Assembly (NCBI GenBank): GCA_016748015.1
Contig: JAAOMT010000603.1
Location: 497,068-561,067 of the forward strand
Length of the DNA stretch: 64,000 nt
Direction: 5' to 3'
Source: Geosiphon pyriformis uo1
Lineage: Eukaryota; Fungi; Glomeromycota
Shown: positions 25,801 through 38,329 of the stretch, piece by piece
Layout: every line of letters starts with the position of its first letter
Numbering within the stretch: position 1 is the stretch's first letter
Made by a program: the position numbers and the translations under genes
Notes under the pieces: model-generated
What the model was told of the DNA's origin: nothing
The model's input: only the letters and a program-made list of their open reading frames with translations
The model's database searches: none

Positions 25801-28491
25801 TTTTACAAGTTCAGTCTGAATACAAGATTGCCTCTCTTGTCAGTTTTGTGAACTCTGTTGGGATTTTGGGTTGCTTGTTTTCTCATAGATCTCATGATTT
25901 ACAAGTCTGGTATTGGTGCCCTGTTCATTCATTGAATTTATCTGTTTGTATTTGTGTTAGCATTTCTAATAACTTTTTGGCAGGGATGGTCCAAATTCTT
26001 CTTGATTGCAATTTGTCCTTGGGTGGCTCTTTAGCCAATTCTTTTCAGTCTTGTGGTAGCATGTTCATGTCTGCTATTCTAGGCAAGTCGAAGTTTTCCA
26101 GGTTTTTCTCTTCTCTCCAGAAGTACAGTGTTGCTTTTGTGGATCAACTTTGTGATCATCATGGCACTGTATTTGATTGTACACTTTCAAGTGATGGAAG
26201 AGGCTCGACTCTCATGGCCCCATTCTTGAGTGGTTCAAGCTTGCTATGGCTTTTCTCGATGGTGTGAATTTTTTTTTTGCTGGTCCTTTGGTTTTGGGTA
26301 GTGCTGTTTTTATGAACATCCTTGAATCTGGTGATTTTGTCTCTATTCATGACTGTCTTTCTCATGTTGGTTCAAGTGAAATATCTATATACACAGATGA
26401 ATCTCTGAGAAATTTAAGCACAGCTGGCTGTAGGGCTGGTGCTGCTGCTTTTTTTGAGAACATTGGTATGGGTCTGGGTATTGGTGTAACAGGTTTAATG
26501 TTATCTACTCTTGCAGAATTGCAGGCTATTACATTGGCCCTGGAGTGTGTTTTCCCATCTAGCTCTGTATAGTTGTTTTCAGATAGTCAATCTGCTTTAA
26601 ATGCATGCAAGTCTGAATTGGGTCTTGTGTGTCCAGATTTTTGTAATTAGTGTTGGGTTGAGTGCCAACATATTGCTAATATTATTGGATGTAAGAATTT
26701 ACATGTTAGTTGACACAAGATTAAAGGTCATTCTGGCGTTTTCAGGAATGAACATGCTGACTTGATTGCTGATGCTGCCTTTTTTTTTGGTTGACATCTT
26801 CTTCCTCACTTGGATGAATGCTATATAGTTGCTAATGGTAATGTCATTTCTGGCAACTTCAGATATTTTGTTTGTGATATTTACCATTCCATTTGTTATA
26901 CATGTTGGGAAGTTGGTTCTGGCTCTAAGTTCTTGGCTGATAGCTTGCTCTCTAAGATTGATTGGTCCCGCTCCTCGCTGGTTTGGCATTCTGATTTGCA
27001 TATGGCCACTGGTTTCACTAGCAGACTTTTGGCTCGCATCTGTACTTATTTTATGAAAGCTTTGCATCATTGGCTTTCTGTCGCAGTTTGGAAGTGCCTC
27101 TATAATAGACATTATCCTAGTGTGCTTTGTTTGTATTGTGGTAAGGTGGAAACTTCAGATCATGTGTTTTTTTGTAAAGTCAATAATTCTGCTCAATTCC
27201 ATATATTGGACTCTCATGTTGCTTCTTGGAGAACGCTTTCTGGTTTATCTCATTTTTCTTCTTGTGTGTTGTAGCTGCTGTCATCTTGTGTTTCTGATTT
27301 TTCAGTCTCTATGGCCCTTTATAAGAGTTTTGTGTTTAATGGTTGGTTTCATGAGGCTGTCTCCATCTTTCATGATCTGAAGATTGCTGGTTTGGAGGTT
27401 GTTAAGTTTGTAAGATCTTTTGGTCTTGCCTTTAAAGATAATATATGGTCAGTCCATTGTTACCAGACGAAATTAGAGATATTATTTAGCATAAAATTAT
27501 CTTATAATTCCTATCATTAATTAGCATATATTATTGTTTCAAATTATTACTTATTACATTAGCAAAAATGTCCGAAATTATCATTTAATTAATAATCCAA
27601 ATTATACACAACACAAATGTAACCTAATTGCAATGATCAATCATGTAATACCCCAAACTATGTAACATTCAAAAGTTTGCCAAAATTTATAGAAATTTGC
27701 CGAAATAATTGATAGTTCACCGAAATATCTAATAGTTTGCAGAAATAACTTGTAGTTCACCGAAATGTATCTTTAGTTCAGCAAAATTGTAGAAAATAAC
27801 AAAGTTCAAGTTCATAGAATAGTGTTATGACAAGTTGTATAAAAGAAGAGCTTCTCTCTTTGAGAAAATATATCTTACTTTAGATTTATTACTTAGAACC
27901 ATTCTTACATACACAAAAAAGAAATAAATATCAAATAATTCAAAAAACCAAAACTCTTTAAATTATTGCACTTGGAAAATCCTCAAAAACCCAACTAACA
28001 TTTTGAAATTGATTAGCTATTAATTTCAGTAAACTGTTAGTGACTTCAGACCTGGATAGAAAACATTTCTCTTGACAGAATTCTATTTCTTTTACATTTC
28101 TTTTATTTTTTTCTTTTCTTTTCTTTTCTTTTTACAATCATTAGGGTAGCCTACAGACAAGATTTCTGTAAAAGAGTTGACTTTCACAGCAAAGTAACTA
28201 TACATTTTAGTGAGCTTCCAGACGAGCAATTTCTGGGAAAGAGTTAATGTTTACTACAACGTAACTACATAAAGTAACTGGCATAGAATTGGCCATTCCA
28301 CTTATAAGTCCAGCAGTTCAAATTATAGGAGATAATTTAAAGATAAATTCAGTTATTGGAGGTTTAACCACATCCAAAAAACGTGAATTCACAGCAAACA
28401 AGCATCGACAACATTTAAAAAAAGAGACCAAAAACCTCTGGTAACATTTGGTGCTCTCCCACAGAAATAACACAGTAACAACAAATTCAAA

Positions 28492-31400
28492 GTGGCGACC
28501 ACACCAGACACAACAACTCTAGAGTATTACCAATCAATTTACATCTACTGCAAGCAAAAATTCAACATTCCAGACGGAATTGAAGTTGTCAAGAAATCAG
28601 TATACCAATACATTGAAAACTGTATTAACAATTATCTTTTTGGAAATTACAATATCTCAAAAGTTAAAAGCAACCTTTACAATAATTTAGCACACTATTC
28701 ACAGTTGGGAACTGAAGATCTTAACAGTGAAACACTTGCCACTTACTTTCACGAACTTAATTTTAACATTATCAAATACTGTAAAAAAACATATCCAGTG
28801 CAGTCTTAATACACTATTGATTTTGAATTGGAAACAGAAACAAGCAACAAAGACAAAAACAAATTAAAGCAATATTCAAGAACCATCCCAAATACTCCAA
28901 CACTACCGAAAACAACTGCCAAACATTTACAAACACCTGAACAAGGAACCAGTTCAAAACTTTCACTTATTATCACACCTTTTTCAGCTTCACTTGCACA
29001 AGCACAAACACCTAATTCACCCTTGAATCGATTTGCAAGACCAGAAGATTTTACATCACTCAGAAGTCCTACCAGACAACAAGAACCCCTTCAAACTAGT
29101 TCCAATCTTCTTGATTTTCTAGCTGAAAATCAAAGTGAACACTCTGAGACAGCAGCAAACAAAGAAAACAACTCTAAAATAACTGAAGAAGAATCAATAG
29201 ACAGTGAAAACAAAGAAGACAAAATGACAACATACATCGCAAAAATCCCTGAATTCAATAGAGAAGATATTGAGACCAGTCCCCAAGAATGGCTCAACCA
29301 AGTTATTAAAGCTGGAGATGTAAATAGATAGAATGCTGCCAGAATGTTAAGAACAATTCCCTACTTTCTCAAAGGAACAGCAGGAGAATGGTTTGAAAAC
29401 TTGGCTGCCCCATTCAATGATTGGAATGCTTTCAAAGCAGCCTTCCTTGAACAGTTCACCGACAATAATATCTCTATCACCCTTTGTAATCGTTTTCGAA
29501 ATATCAAACAAGAACCTTCTGAATCTGTTATGACTTATATTGGGAAATTCAACAAACTTCTCAGACAAATTCGCCAACTCAAAACAAACGATTATTATTC
29601 TGATGCTCAAATCTTGGATCAATTTATTGCTGGTCTAAAAGATAAACTAATTAAAAAAGTTCACCCACATGTGCCAGAAGATTTAAACTCTGCCATACAG
29701 CATGCGAAAAGATACAAAATGGCCATGGAAGAGGCCAATCGCACAAAACTTGTAAATTTGGCAATTGGAGAAACCAGCTCAGCAGCTAAGGAAAAAATTG
29801 ACCAACTTACAAAGAAAGTTGAAAACTATTTTATCAATCAATAACAACAGCAACCCCAAAGATATCAACCACCCCAAAGACGAAACCAAAATAACTTTGC
29901 GCCACTTTCCAATAACTAGTCTCAGAATTGCCATTATTGTGAAATCTCTGGCCACTGAAAAAGAGATTGCAGAAAGCTACAACGAGACCAACAAAATAGG
30001 AGTAATCAACATTACTCTCCACCACAGCAATCTTATTATCAACTACCACCACCAGCTTACTATCCACCAAGACCCCAATACCAAAATAACTATTATCAGC
30101 CAGCCCCACAGCCAATCCAACAGCAATACCAACAACCACCCACACAACATTATCAAGTATCTGCTCGAAGACTGATTACACAAAATCAATTCACACCACC
30201 AAACTGATACCAAGTAAACAACAATAGAATCAGTTCGAACAACTAATTGGTTCTCCAAAATACCACTTAACCAAGACCCAACTACTACCACACTCAACCC
30301 AGTTATTTAACAATGCCAGAAGAACAGGATTTTTACCATACTGCACTCTCGGAAGATAGAACTGCAGCACAACAACAACAAAACCCTTCTTATACTCCCA
30401 CCACAATTCCACCAGCCAGAATTACTGAAAACACTAACCTTTCAGATATATTCTCTTTTGAGTTCAAAGCAAATGAGTCACTATTTCTGCTTAGCAATGC
30501 AGCCACCAATAAACAAAAAGCAATCACGGCCATGTACACTGAAGCCGAAATCGAAAGAAAGACAATTCACTTGATTCTAGACAGTGGATTTGCCAGAAGC
30601 ATTATCACCTACCAGTTAATGCAACAGTTGAAAAAAAATGTCGACCAACCAGCTCAAACAGTAATCGTCACTGCCGATGGCATGAAAAAGACCCCAGTAG
30701 GAGAAATTGACAATTTTCCGTTCACTCTTGATGGAATCACCATTCCAGTTAAAGTTCTTATAATAGATGCACCCCAGTACCAAGCTCTCGTCGAAAATGA
30801 TTGGCTTCAAAAAGCCAATGCTAATCTGAATTGGGAAACACAAGAGTTAACAATCTCCTACCAAAGACAACATGCCCAGGTACCTGCCATTTGTGGTACA
30901 TTCAACAAACGCTCTGAAAAAGCCCCAGCTTTTGAATTCGAACTGGAAGAGGAAAAACCCCTCATTGAAACATTCATGGCTCTTGGATCAATGTTCAACT
31001 GGGCTGATGAAACAGAACAAGAACATTTTACCCCACACTCTGAACCCAAAACCTCTGGATAGAATATCCCTTACTCAAAACCTGAACCAAGAAAACAACA
31101 CTCTTATATTCCCCTTAAATATAAGGACTGCCACAAGAAACTATCATCAATGGGAGCCTGCATTTTACCTAAAGAAGAATATAAAAATCATACTTGTTAT
31201 TACTGTAAGGCTTGCCACAGAGAATGATGGGGCCATCTAATAAAAAGGAGTGGAAAATGAGACAACACCCCTTGTTTGACTTGTGGAAATATGCTACTGA
31301 AAGAATACAATTGGATTAATGTAGCCATGAGAGGAGGAGTCTGCGATCAGACCTGCCAATATGCTTTATCAATTTCAGAAAAAGTAAAAAGAGGAACACC

Positions 31401-32823
31401 CTTTAATGCGGCATACAATAGTGCTCTCAACAAACTTTATCACTACCCCCATGATGCTGAGATGATTTTCGACCTAGCAATGGCATTAATTAATGGAGCT
31501 ACCAAAGAAGATGTTTGCCAAATGAAGGAAGCAGAATACATTGAATACACCATAGAATTAGCTGGATTCGATTACAAAGACAAAGTAGAAGTCTACTACC
31601 AAATTGCAAGTCACACCTACCCAACTCAAAAAGCTCAAATTCAACAATTAGAGCAAATGAACATTAGGCTATGTGAAGAATGCATTATGCCTTGCGATGA
31701 ACAGTGGTGTCCTGAATGCTACACTCTTAGTATCCCCTTGCCCAGTGAAAATAATGAGAATAAAATTGAATTTGGAGAACCTGAAGCAATGGAAGAAATT
31801 GAAACAACACCTATCTACCTTATCAAAAATCAGCCTGCCTTACAACTTAAATACTTCAACAACAACGGACAAGGAATAAAACCTGAAAAAGCACACAAAA
31901 TTGATGCTGGATATGACCTAAAATATCCAGACAAGGATACTCTTGTTTTCAAACCCAAATCTCTCACAAAAATCAATCTCAAAATTGCACTTGAAATCCC
32001 GCCAGGAGCAATGGTTCAAATTACCTCTTGGTTCTCTCTGGCAAGCAAAGAAATCAATATCAGAGGAGGAATAATTGATGCTGGATATACTGGAGACATT
32101 ACAGTAATGCTTCAAAATGAAACTGACAAACCATTCAAAATTGAACATGCCGAAAAAATTGCCCAAGCTATTTACCTACTCTTAATCAACATTTCGGGTT
32201 TGCAACTAGTCAATCAAAGAGAACAATTAGAAAAAAGCGATAAAAAAACCCAAGGTTTTAGTTCAACTGGACGATTCACAGTTCCAGTTAACATAGCTTT
32301 TAACACATGGAATGAATCCCACCAGATTCTCGGACTTTCACAACCAATTACCATCTCACCCTTTGGAGAACATTCAGAAATCTACACCTGCCCAAAGCCA
32401 ACAACCACACAACAAATTTTTGAGTCCAATGAACAAGTCTGCTTGGAACATAATATTTTGATCCCAAACATTTATATTCTAAAAAGAACAAAGAAAGTCC
32501 GAGTTAATTTTTATAACCCCAATAATTACCCCATAATTTTATTAAATAATTTAGAAATTGGAGTTATTCACAGTAATATATTTCAACAAGAATTACTTCA
32601 AACAGTCTCCGATTTCTCTGAAATTATTGGACATTCAATACCAAAAATCAACCCAAACCCCAGCTCCGAAAACTACCATGTTGTCATGGAAAAACTATCT
32701 CGAATCAACATGAGACAACTTGAACCACAACAACAGACCCAGCTCAAAGAGCTAATTGCAGAATTTGCTGATATCTTCGCTGAAAACAACAATGACTTAG
32801 GAAGAACCAATAGTTGTCATTGA
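28492..32823 (+). pseudogene. Gag-protease-Cys-rich-dUTPase polyprotein of element 2
   Basis: ORF pieces at 28492, 28828, 29344, 30313 and 31276 share one frame and are broken only by point stops. Capsid-like FLKGTAGEWF, zinc knuckle CHYC..GH..RDC, protease LILDSG, dUTPase about 31840-32275. Confidence 0.9.
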
Positions 32824-32962
32824 ACAGCCTTACAACTTGAACATTTAATTTAAATTTATTATTATAGTTATCTTCTTATAATTTAGAAACAATTTCACAA
32901 AAACAAAACAAAAATAACATAAAAACCCATGCACCAAAAATAATTTTCTTTTATTGCTTATA

Positions 32963-33682
32963 ATGACTATTCCTCAAAACATTCAACAATTATCCCAAAA
33001 ACTAATGTTAGCTTTAAAAACAATACCCGAATTATCCATTACTGTTACTGGAAGCCACATTAATTATACCCAAACAGAAGTAGTTACAAATTTAGCCCCA
33101 AATTCACAAAAATATCACTCGTATAAGAAGAATACAAGAAGTTATACTGGAATTCACCTGCCAGAACTTTTAAAACTTGCTTTAAGAGAAAATCTAATGC
33201 TTACTCCGATTAGTATTCCACCAAATGCTACAATTCAACAAAGACTTCAACTGTGTCTCAATGAGAAAAACACTGAATATCTTCCAATCTATAGATATTT
33301 TCACATTGGAAAAACACTCTACAAATGGAAACTGGAACTTACAACAGCAAACCTTATAAAAAAAGCTATTCAAAAACAACTTTACAACAAATTCAAGACA
33401 ACAGCTGGATCAACAAACAGTCACTACAGGGTCAAAGCTGCTCTTAGACTTTATGACTTATTCTACACATGTGAAAACATACTACAAAACCCAATTTTTC
33501 AACCTTTGAAGATTCAATACATTGGAAAGCTCACAGAACTGAAATTTCAACAATTTTCAGACCAAATTTCTTCAATAATTTTGGATTATTATCTGAAAAT
33601 GACAAACAGTACTTGGACTTTGATGGAGCTCAGTCTTGAGGAGGAGGTTATGTTACCAGACGAAATTAGAGATATTATTTAG
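32963..33682 (+). CDS. ORF3: accessory protein of unknown function, running through the PPT into the 3' LTR
   Basis: Uninterrupted ORF of about 239 aa from ATG 32963. Homologues at 54090-54790 and 62949-62335(-). Confidence 0.7.
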   Translation: MTIPQNIQQLSQKLMLALKTIPELSITVTGSHINYTQTEVVTNLAPNSQKYHSYKKNTRSYTGIHLPELLKLALRENLMLTPISIPPNATIQQRLQLCLNEKNTEYLPIYRYFHIGKTLYKWKLELTTANLIKKAIQKQLYNKFKTTAGSTNSHYRVKAALRLYDLFYTCENILQNPIFQPLKIQYIGKLTELKFQQFSDQISSIILDYYLKMTNSTWTLMELSLEEEVMLPDEIRDII

Positions 33683-34994
33683 CATAAAATTATCTTATAA
33701 TTTCTATTATTAATTAGCATATATTATCGTTTCAAATTATCATTTATTACATTAGCAAAAATGTCCGAAATTATCATTTAATTAATAACCCAAATTGTAC
33801 ACAATACAAATGTAACCTAATTGCAATGATCAATCATGTAATACCCCAAACTATGTAACATTCAAAAGTTTGCTGAAATTTATAGAAATTTGCCGAAATA
33901 ATTGATAATTCACTGAAATATCTAATAGTTCGCAGAAATAACTTGTAGTTCACTGAAATGTATCTTTAGTTCAGCAAAATTGTAGAAAATAACAAAGTTC
34001 AAGTTCATAGAATAGTGTTACGACAAGTTGTATAAAAGAAGAGCTTCTCTCTTTGAGAAAATATATCTTACTTTAGATTTATCACTTAGAACCATTCTTA
34101 CATACACAAAAAAGAAATAAATATCAAATAATTCAAAAAACCAAAACTCTTTAAATTATTGCACTTGGAAAATCCTCAAAAACCCAACTAATATTTTGAA
34201 ATTGATTAGCTACCAATTTCAGTAAACTGTTAGTGACTCCAGGCCTGGATAGAAAACGTTTCCCTTGACAGAATTCTATTTCTTTTACATTTCTTTTATT
34301 TTTTTCTTTTCTTTTCTTTTCTTTTTACAATCATTAGGGTAGCCTACAGACAAAATTTCTGTAAAAGAGTTGACTTTTACAGCAAAGTAACTATACATTT
34401 TAGTAAGCTTCCAGACGAGCAATTTCTGGGAAAGAGTTGACATTTACTACAATGTAACTACATAAAGTAACTGACATGGAATTGGCCATTCTACTTATAA
34501 GTTCAGCAGTTCAAATTATAGGAGATAATTTGAAGATAAATTCAGTTATTGGAGGTTCAACCACATCCAAAAAACGTGAATTTACAGCAAACAAACATCA
34601 ACAACATTTAAAAAAAGAGACCAAAAACCTCCAGTAACACCATATTAAACATTGAGCCTATATGAAGAAAGCCAACCTAATTCCACTAGATGGTTTGGCT
34701 TTTATGTCAGTTTCGAGTTTGGCTTTGAGATTTTTTGCTGGTGTGGTCAAATTGCTTGGCATTATTGAAGCTTTTGGTGTCTGTTTTGGTTTTTGCAAGT
34801 CTTGTTTGTTTTTTTCAGATATTGGTGACCTGGTTTCTGTCAATATAAGTGCATAGTGTTGTCCTGACTGGTTCGAGTGGCTGGTTACGTGTAGAAAATA
34901 CATGATTCATGCTTAGTATAGATTATTTTTTTTGGTGTATAGTGCTAAGTAGTGTTTGAACCTCACTTGTTAATTGTTAAAAAAAAAAAAAAAG

Positions 34995-37900
34995 ATTTTT
35001 CTATTGTTAAAGCAATTAGATAAAATGTTTTAACAATGTTTTTCTTAAATATTAATAATAAAAAACTGTTTTTGGTGGTTTTTAAAACATTTTTTTTACT
35101 TTTAACTAGTGTTTTTTCTTTAGTCAAAGTTTTTTTTAAAAAATACATTTAAATTAATTCTAGTATTTTTTAAGAGCTCAAAAATATTCAATAACAGATT
35201 AGTTAACAAGCCAATTTTTTCTATATTACTATTAATATTACTGTTACTTTTTACAAATAGCCGAAAAAACCAAAAAATTAAAAAAACAATAATAGTTACT
35301 TATATCTATTATTGTTATACTAAATTATTTTATAGTATTATAGAAGACTTTTTTTGGTAATTGTACTATGATTAATTTTTATAATTGATAGTTTCAGTAA
35401 TAATAACATCTGAATTAACTAACTTCAGATGTGTAGATAAGTATATTAGTTTCTATGAATATTATGCTTAATTTATACTAATTTTTATTTGATAGATTAT
35501 TATTATTTTTTTATTTAAAGATCTAAAGATTAGCCTGGTAAGTTTTTATCTAATTTCTAGTCATATTGTATAATTTTTTTTGATAAGTGGTTTTCTATTG
35601 GTTTTAATGTGTTGTGTAATATTGTTATTAAAATTGTTAGTGATAGCTATTATTATGTTAGTTCTCTAAAGAAAATTTTTGTTATATCCCTATACTTCCA
35701 ATTGTGTTTTTTCTTAAAGTTTCCATGAAAATGTTTTTTATTTTATGTTAATATTAAATATTTGTATTTCTTTACTTTTACTAAAGTAATATTTTGTTCT
35801 GAATAAATTTCAAGAAAATTTTAAAGAAAAAAAGTTAAATTTCAACAAAATTAGTGTTTGCAAATAATCTTGATCAGAAATTATTCTTTAAGGACATAAA
35901 GAGCTTATTCTGGATTTTTAAGTCAATTGTTGATTTGGGTTAAGATATTTTCACATATTGTTTCTAAATAATTTTCATGTGATTAATATTTTTATTCTAT
36001 ATAGTTATTTTTATAATGTTTAGGGTTTTTTTTAGCTTTCATCAAGGTATTAGATGTCTCCACTATTATTTTATTATTATTAATAGAAAGTAATAATGAT
36101 AGAAATAGTGACTTTTTTGAATTATTGAAGAAGAAAAAAAAGAAGTAAAAGAAAAAAAGGGAAGGAATGAAGACCAGTTAGAGAGAAAATCTTCAATTTT
36201 CACTAATTTTAGTATTAAAAAATAGTATAATATAAAGTTGAGAGACTGTATTTTCAGCTTTTTTAGAGAATTATAATCTAATTTTTTCATTTTTTTTTTA
36301 TTTGATTTTTGTCTAATTGACTTTTTTTATTTATTATTATTCCCTATTTGTCTGTTTTTCTAATTAAAAAGCTATTATATATATACATATTTTAAGTTAT
36401 ACATAATTGTGTCTATTTTAACTAATTAGTAAGTAATTGCTAAATTATTGGGTCTTTTATTTAATTGTAAGTATTTCTTGGCTTATTTGTTCATAATTAT
36501 ATTAAATTAAGTGTATTTGTATATGTTTTGTATGTTATTATGTACATATTACATTTTCTAATTTTATTTATTGTTCTATACTATTTATATTAATTGGTTA
36601 ATATATTATGATATTATTATTTTTGATTTTTGTTAATTTCTATTAAATAATAATAGTTTTAAATAAAATTTTGAATAAAATTTCTCTAATAACAACTAGT
36701 TTTTTTCCTAATATAGATAACAATAACAATAGTATGTCTTCTAAAATAAGCCAAAATTACTATTAACTATATTGTCAAATATGGTGTTTTCTAATAAATT
36801 ATTACTGGTTTTAAAAACAAAACAACTTATTAAGTTATTTAATCTTAAAAATTGGGCTAATTAAATAAAAACTAAATCAATTTCTTCTTTTTTATTTTTT
36901 AGTATTGTTTTTAATAATATCTGAAAAACAATTTCTAGTCATTAAAAATTTTCTAAATAAGTAGTTTTTACTTTAATGTTTAATTCTACTTTTAAGATTA
37001 AGTTGGTTTTAGTTAATTTTTTGTTTTATCTGTTGTCTGGTTTTGTTAAATTCAAGTTAGTTCTTCTGTATAAATTTTGTTTCTAAAACTTTTTTGGTTG
37101 TTATTATTAAAGTTTTTATTGGTAGATTTTTTTTTGACTATACTTAAGATTGCAAAATCTTTTGTGGTAGTTCCTGGCTTCTTTTTTTTCATGTTTGTTA
37201 TACTCCATAATATTTTAATTGATATATTTTTTACTGACATTAAAAATGTTTTTGGTATTTTTGGTATTATTACTTTTGTTAATTTAAAATCTATTAGTTT
37301 ATAATAATATATTATTGTTAATTTTAAGAACTTTTTTTTTGCTGCTGCTGTTTTTGATAATTAATTTATGCTAGTAAAAAAACAGTGTTTGAATTATTTT
37401 TCTTCTTAATCAAAAAAAATTATTATCTTAAAAGATTTTTTTAAGACCAAATTAATCAATTTTTTTTTGCTGTATTGTTTTTAAAATTAATAATATAATT
37501 TTTTAGATTAATAGCTGTATTTGTTTTATTTTTTATTTTTTGAATTTTTATCATTGTTAATACTTTGCTATTATTATAAAATACTAAAGCTTATTGTAGT
37601 AAAAATTGGTATTTTATATAAGTATTATATTTAATAAGAAACTTTTAAATGCTGTTATTATTACAAATATCAAATTTTGAACTATTTGTTTGCTAATTGT
37701 AAAATAGTATCATCTCTTTCTTCTAAGTTGTTTTTTAAATCTGTTGTTGATTCTTGGTTTTTGTATTATTTGTTATTAATAACAAATTTTATGCTATAGT
37801 TTTTGCCAATTTAATTTTATTTTTGCTGTTTTTGTTATTAATCCTGTTATTAAGTTTAGATTAGACTTATTGAAATTTTAAATCTTGAACTTAACTGTTC

Positions 37901-38325
37901 TAATAAAGTTTATTGTTAAACTTATTAGTTCTTTAGTCGTTTTAGTAATTTTTTTGTATCTGAAAATATGTACAAAAATTACAAAGTTTAAAAAAATTTA
38001 TTTACTATGCTTAATATTTTTTAGAATTTTGTTTTTCTTTTAGCTAGTGTATTTAAAAACTTTACTAGTCTTAAAATTAAAATTAAATTTAATAATATAA
38101 ATAATAATAATTTAAGTATTACTAAACTATGTTTTTTGAATAAAAAAACATGTAGTAAATATGTAGTTTTAAAGTTAAAAATAGTATTAAAAAAACTAGA
38201 CTGTTTTTAAGTAAGTTTATTTTTAATTCTAAAAATTTAAATAGTATTATTAAAAAATTTAGTAAACAGAATTTATTCTTGGCTTTTTTTAGTTTAATTT
38301 AGTTAGTGCTTTAATTAACTTAGGT
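34995..38325 (+). mobile_element. Extremely decayed LINE ORF1-like remnant, with an inverted Gypsy remnant at about 35300-36640
   Basis: T-rich LINE-like composition. 36100-36640 is an inverted copy of the LTR at 38330-38863, and 35340-35700 is an inverted match to 40500-40850. Confidence 0.5.
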
Positions 38326-38329
38326 GGTT

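Larger units (their letters stand above)
27458..34639 (+). mobile_element. Gypsy element 2: two LTRs, gag-PR-Cys-rich-dUTPase and ORF3; RT/RH/IN deleted (non-autonomous)
   Basis: LTRs 27458-28446 and 33651-34639 (TGTTACCAGA...GTAACA). TSD CCAT on both sides. PBS TTTGGTGCTCTCCC, PPT GAGGAGGAGG. Confidence 0.95.
18971..34993 (+). mobile_element. LINE copy 1 (APE-RT-RNaseH-CCHC), decayed, interrupted by two Gypsy insertions
   Basis: ORF1 about 19060-20462 plus 22875-22985. ORF2 22982-27457 plus 34644-34856, with GGDFN/TDY (APE), QGE..SSLLW and AFVD(N) (RT), YTDES/AELQAI/SDSQ/GHSG (RNase H) and CLYC..DHVFFC. Poly-A tail at 34979-34993. Confidence 0.92.

Noticed and set aside
27680-27790. CRISPR-like repeat-spacer array
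   Set aside because: Linkers are only 6-8 nt, the array lies inside a eukaryotic LTR, and there are no cas genes.
32963-33682. ORF3 as an envelope gene
   Set aside because: No signal peptide, furin site or transmembrane helix is evident, and it is short.
34861-34905. Hammerhead ribozyme (CTGA...GAAA) in the LINE 3' UTR
   Set aside because: The CUGANGA core is incomplete and not conserved in copy 3; two simple hairpins explain the sequence.
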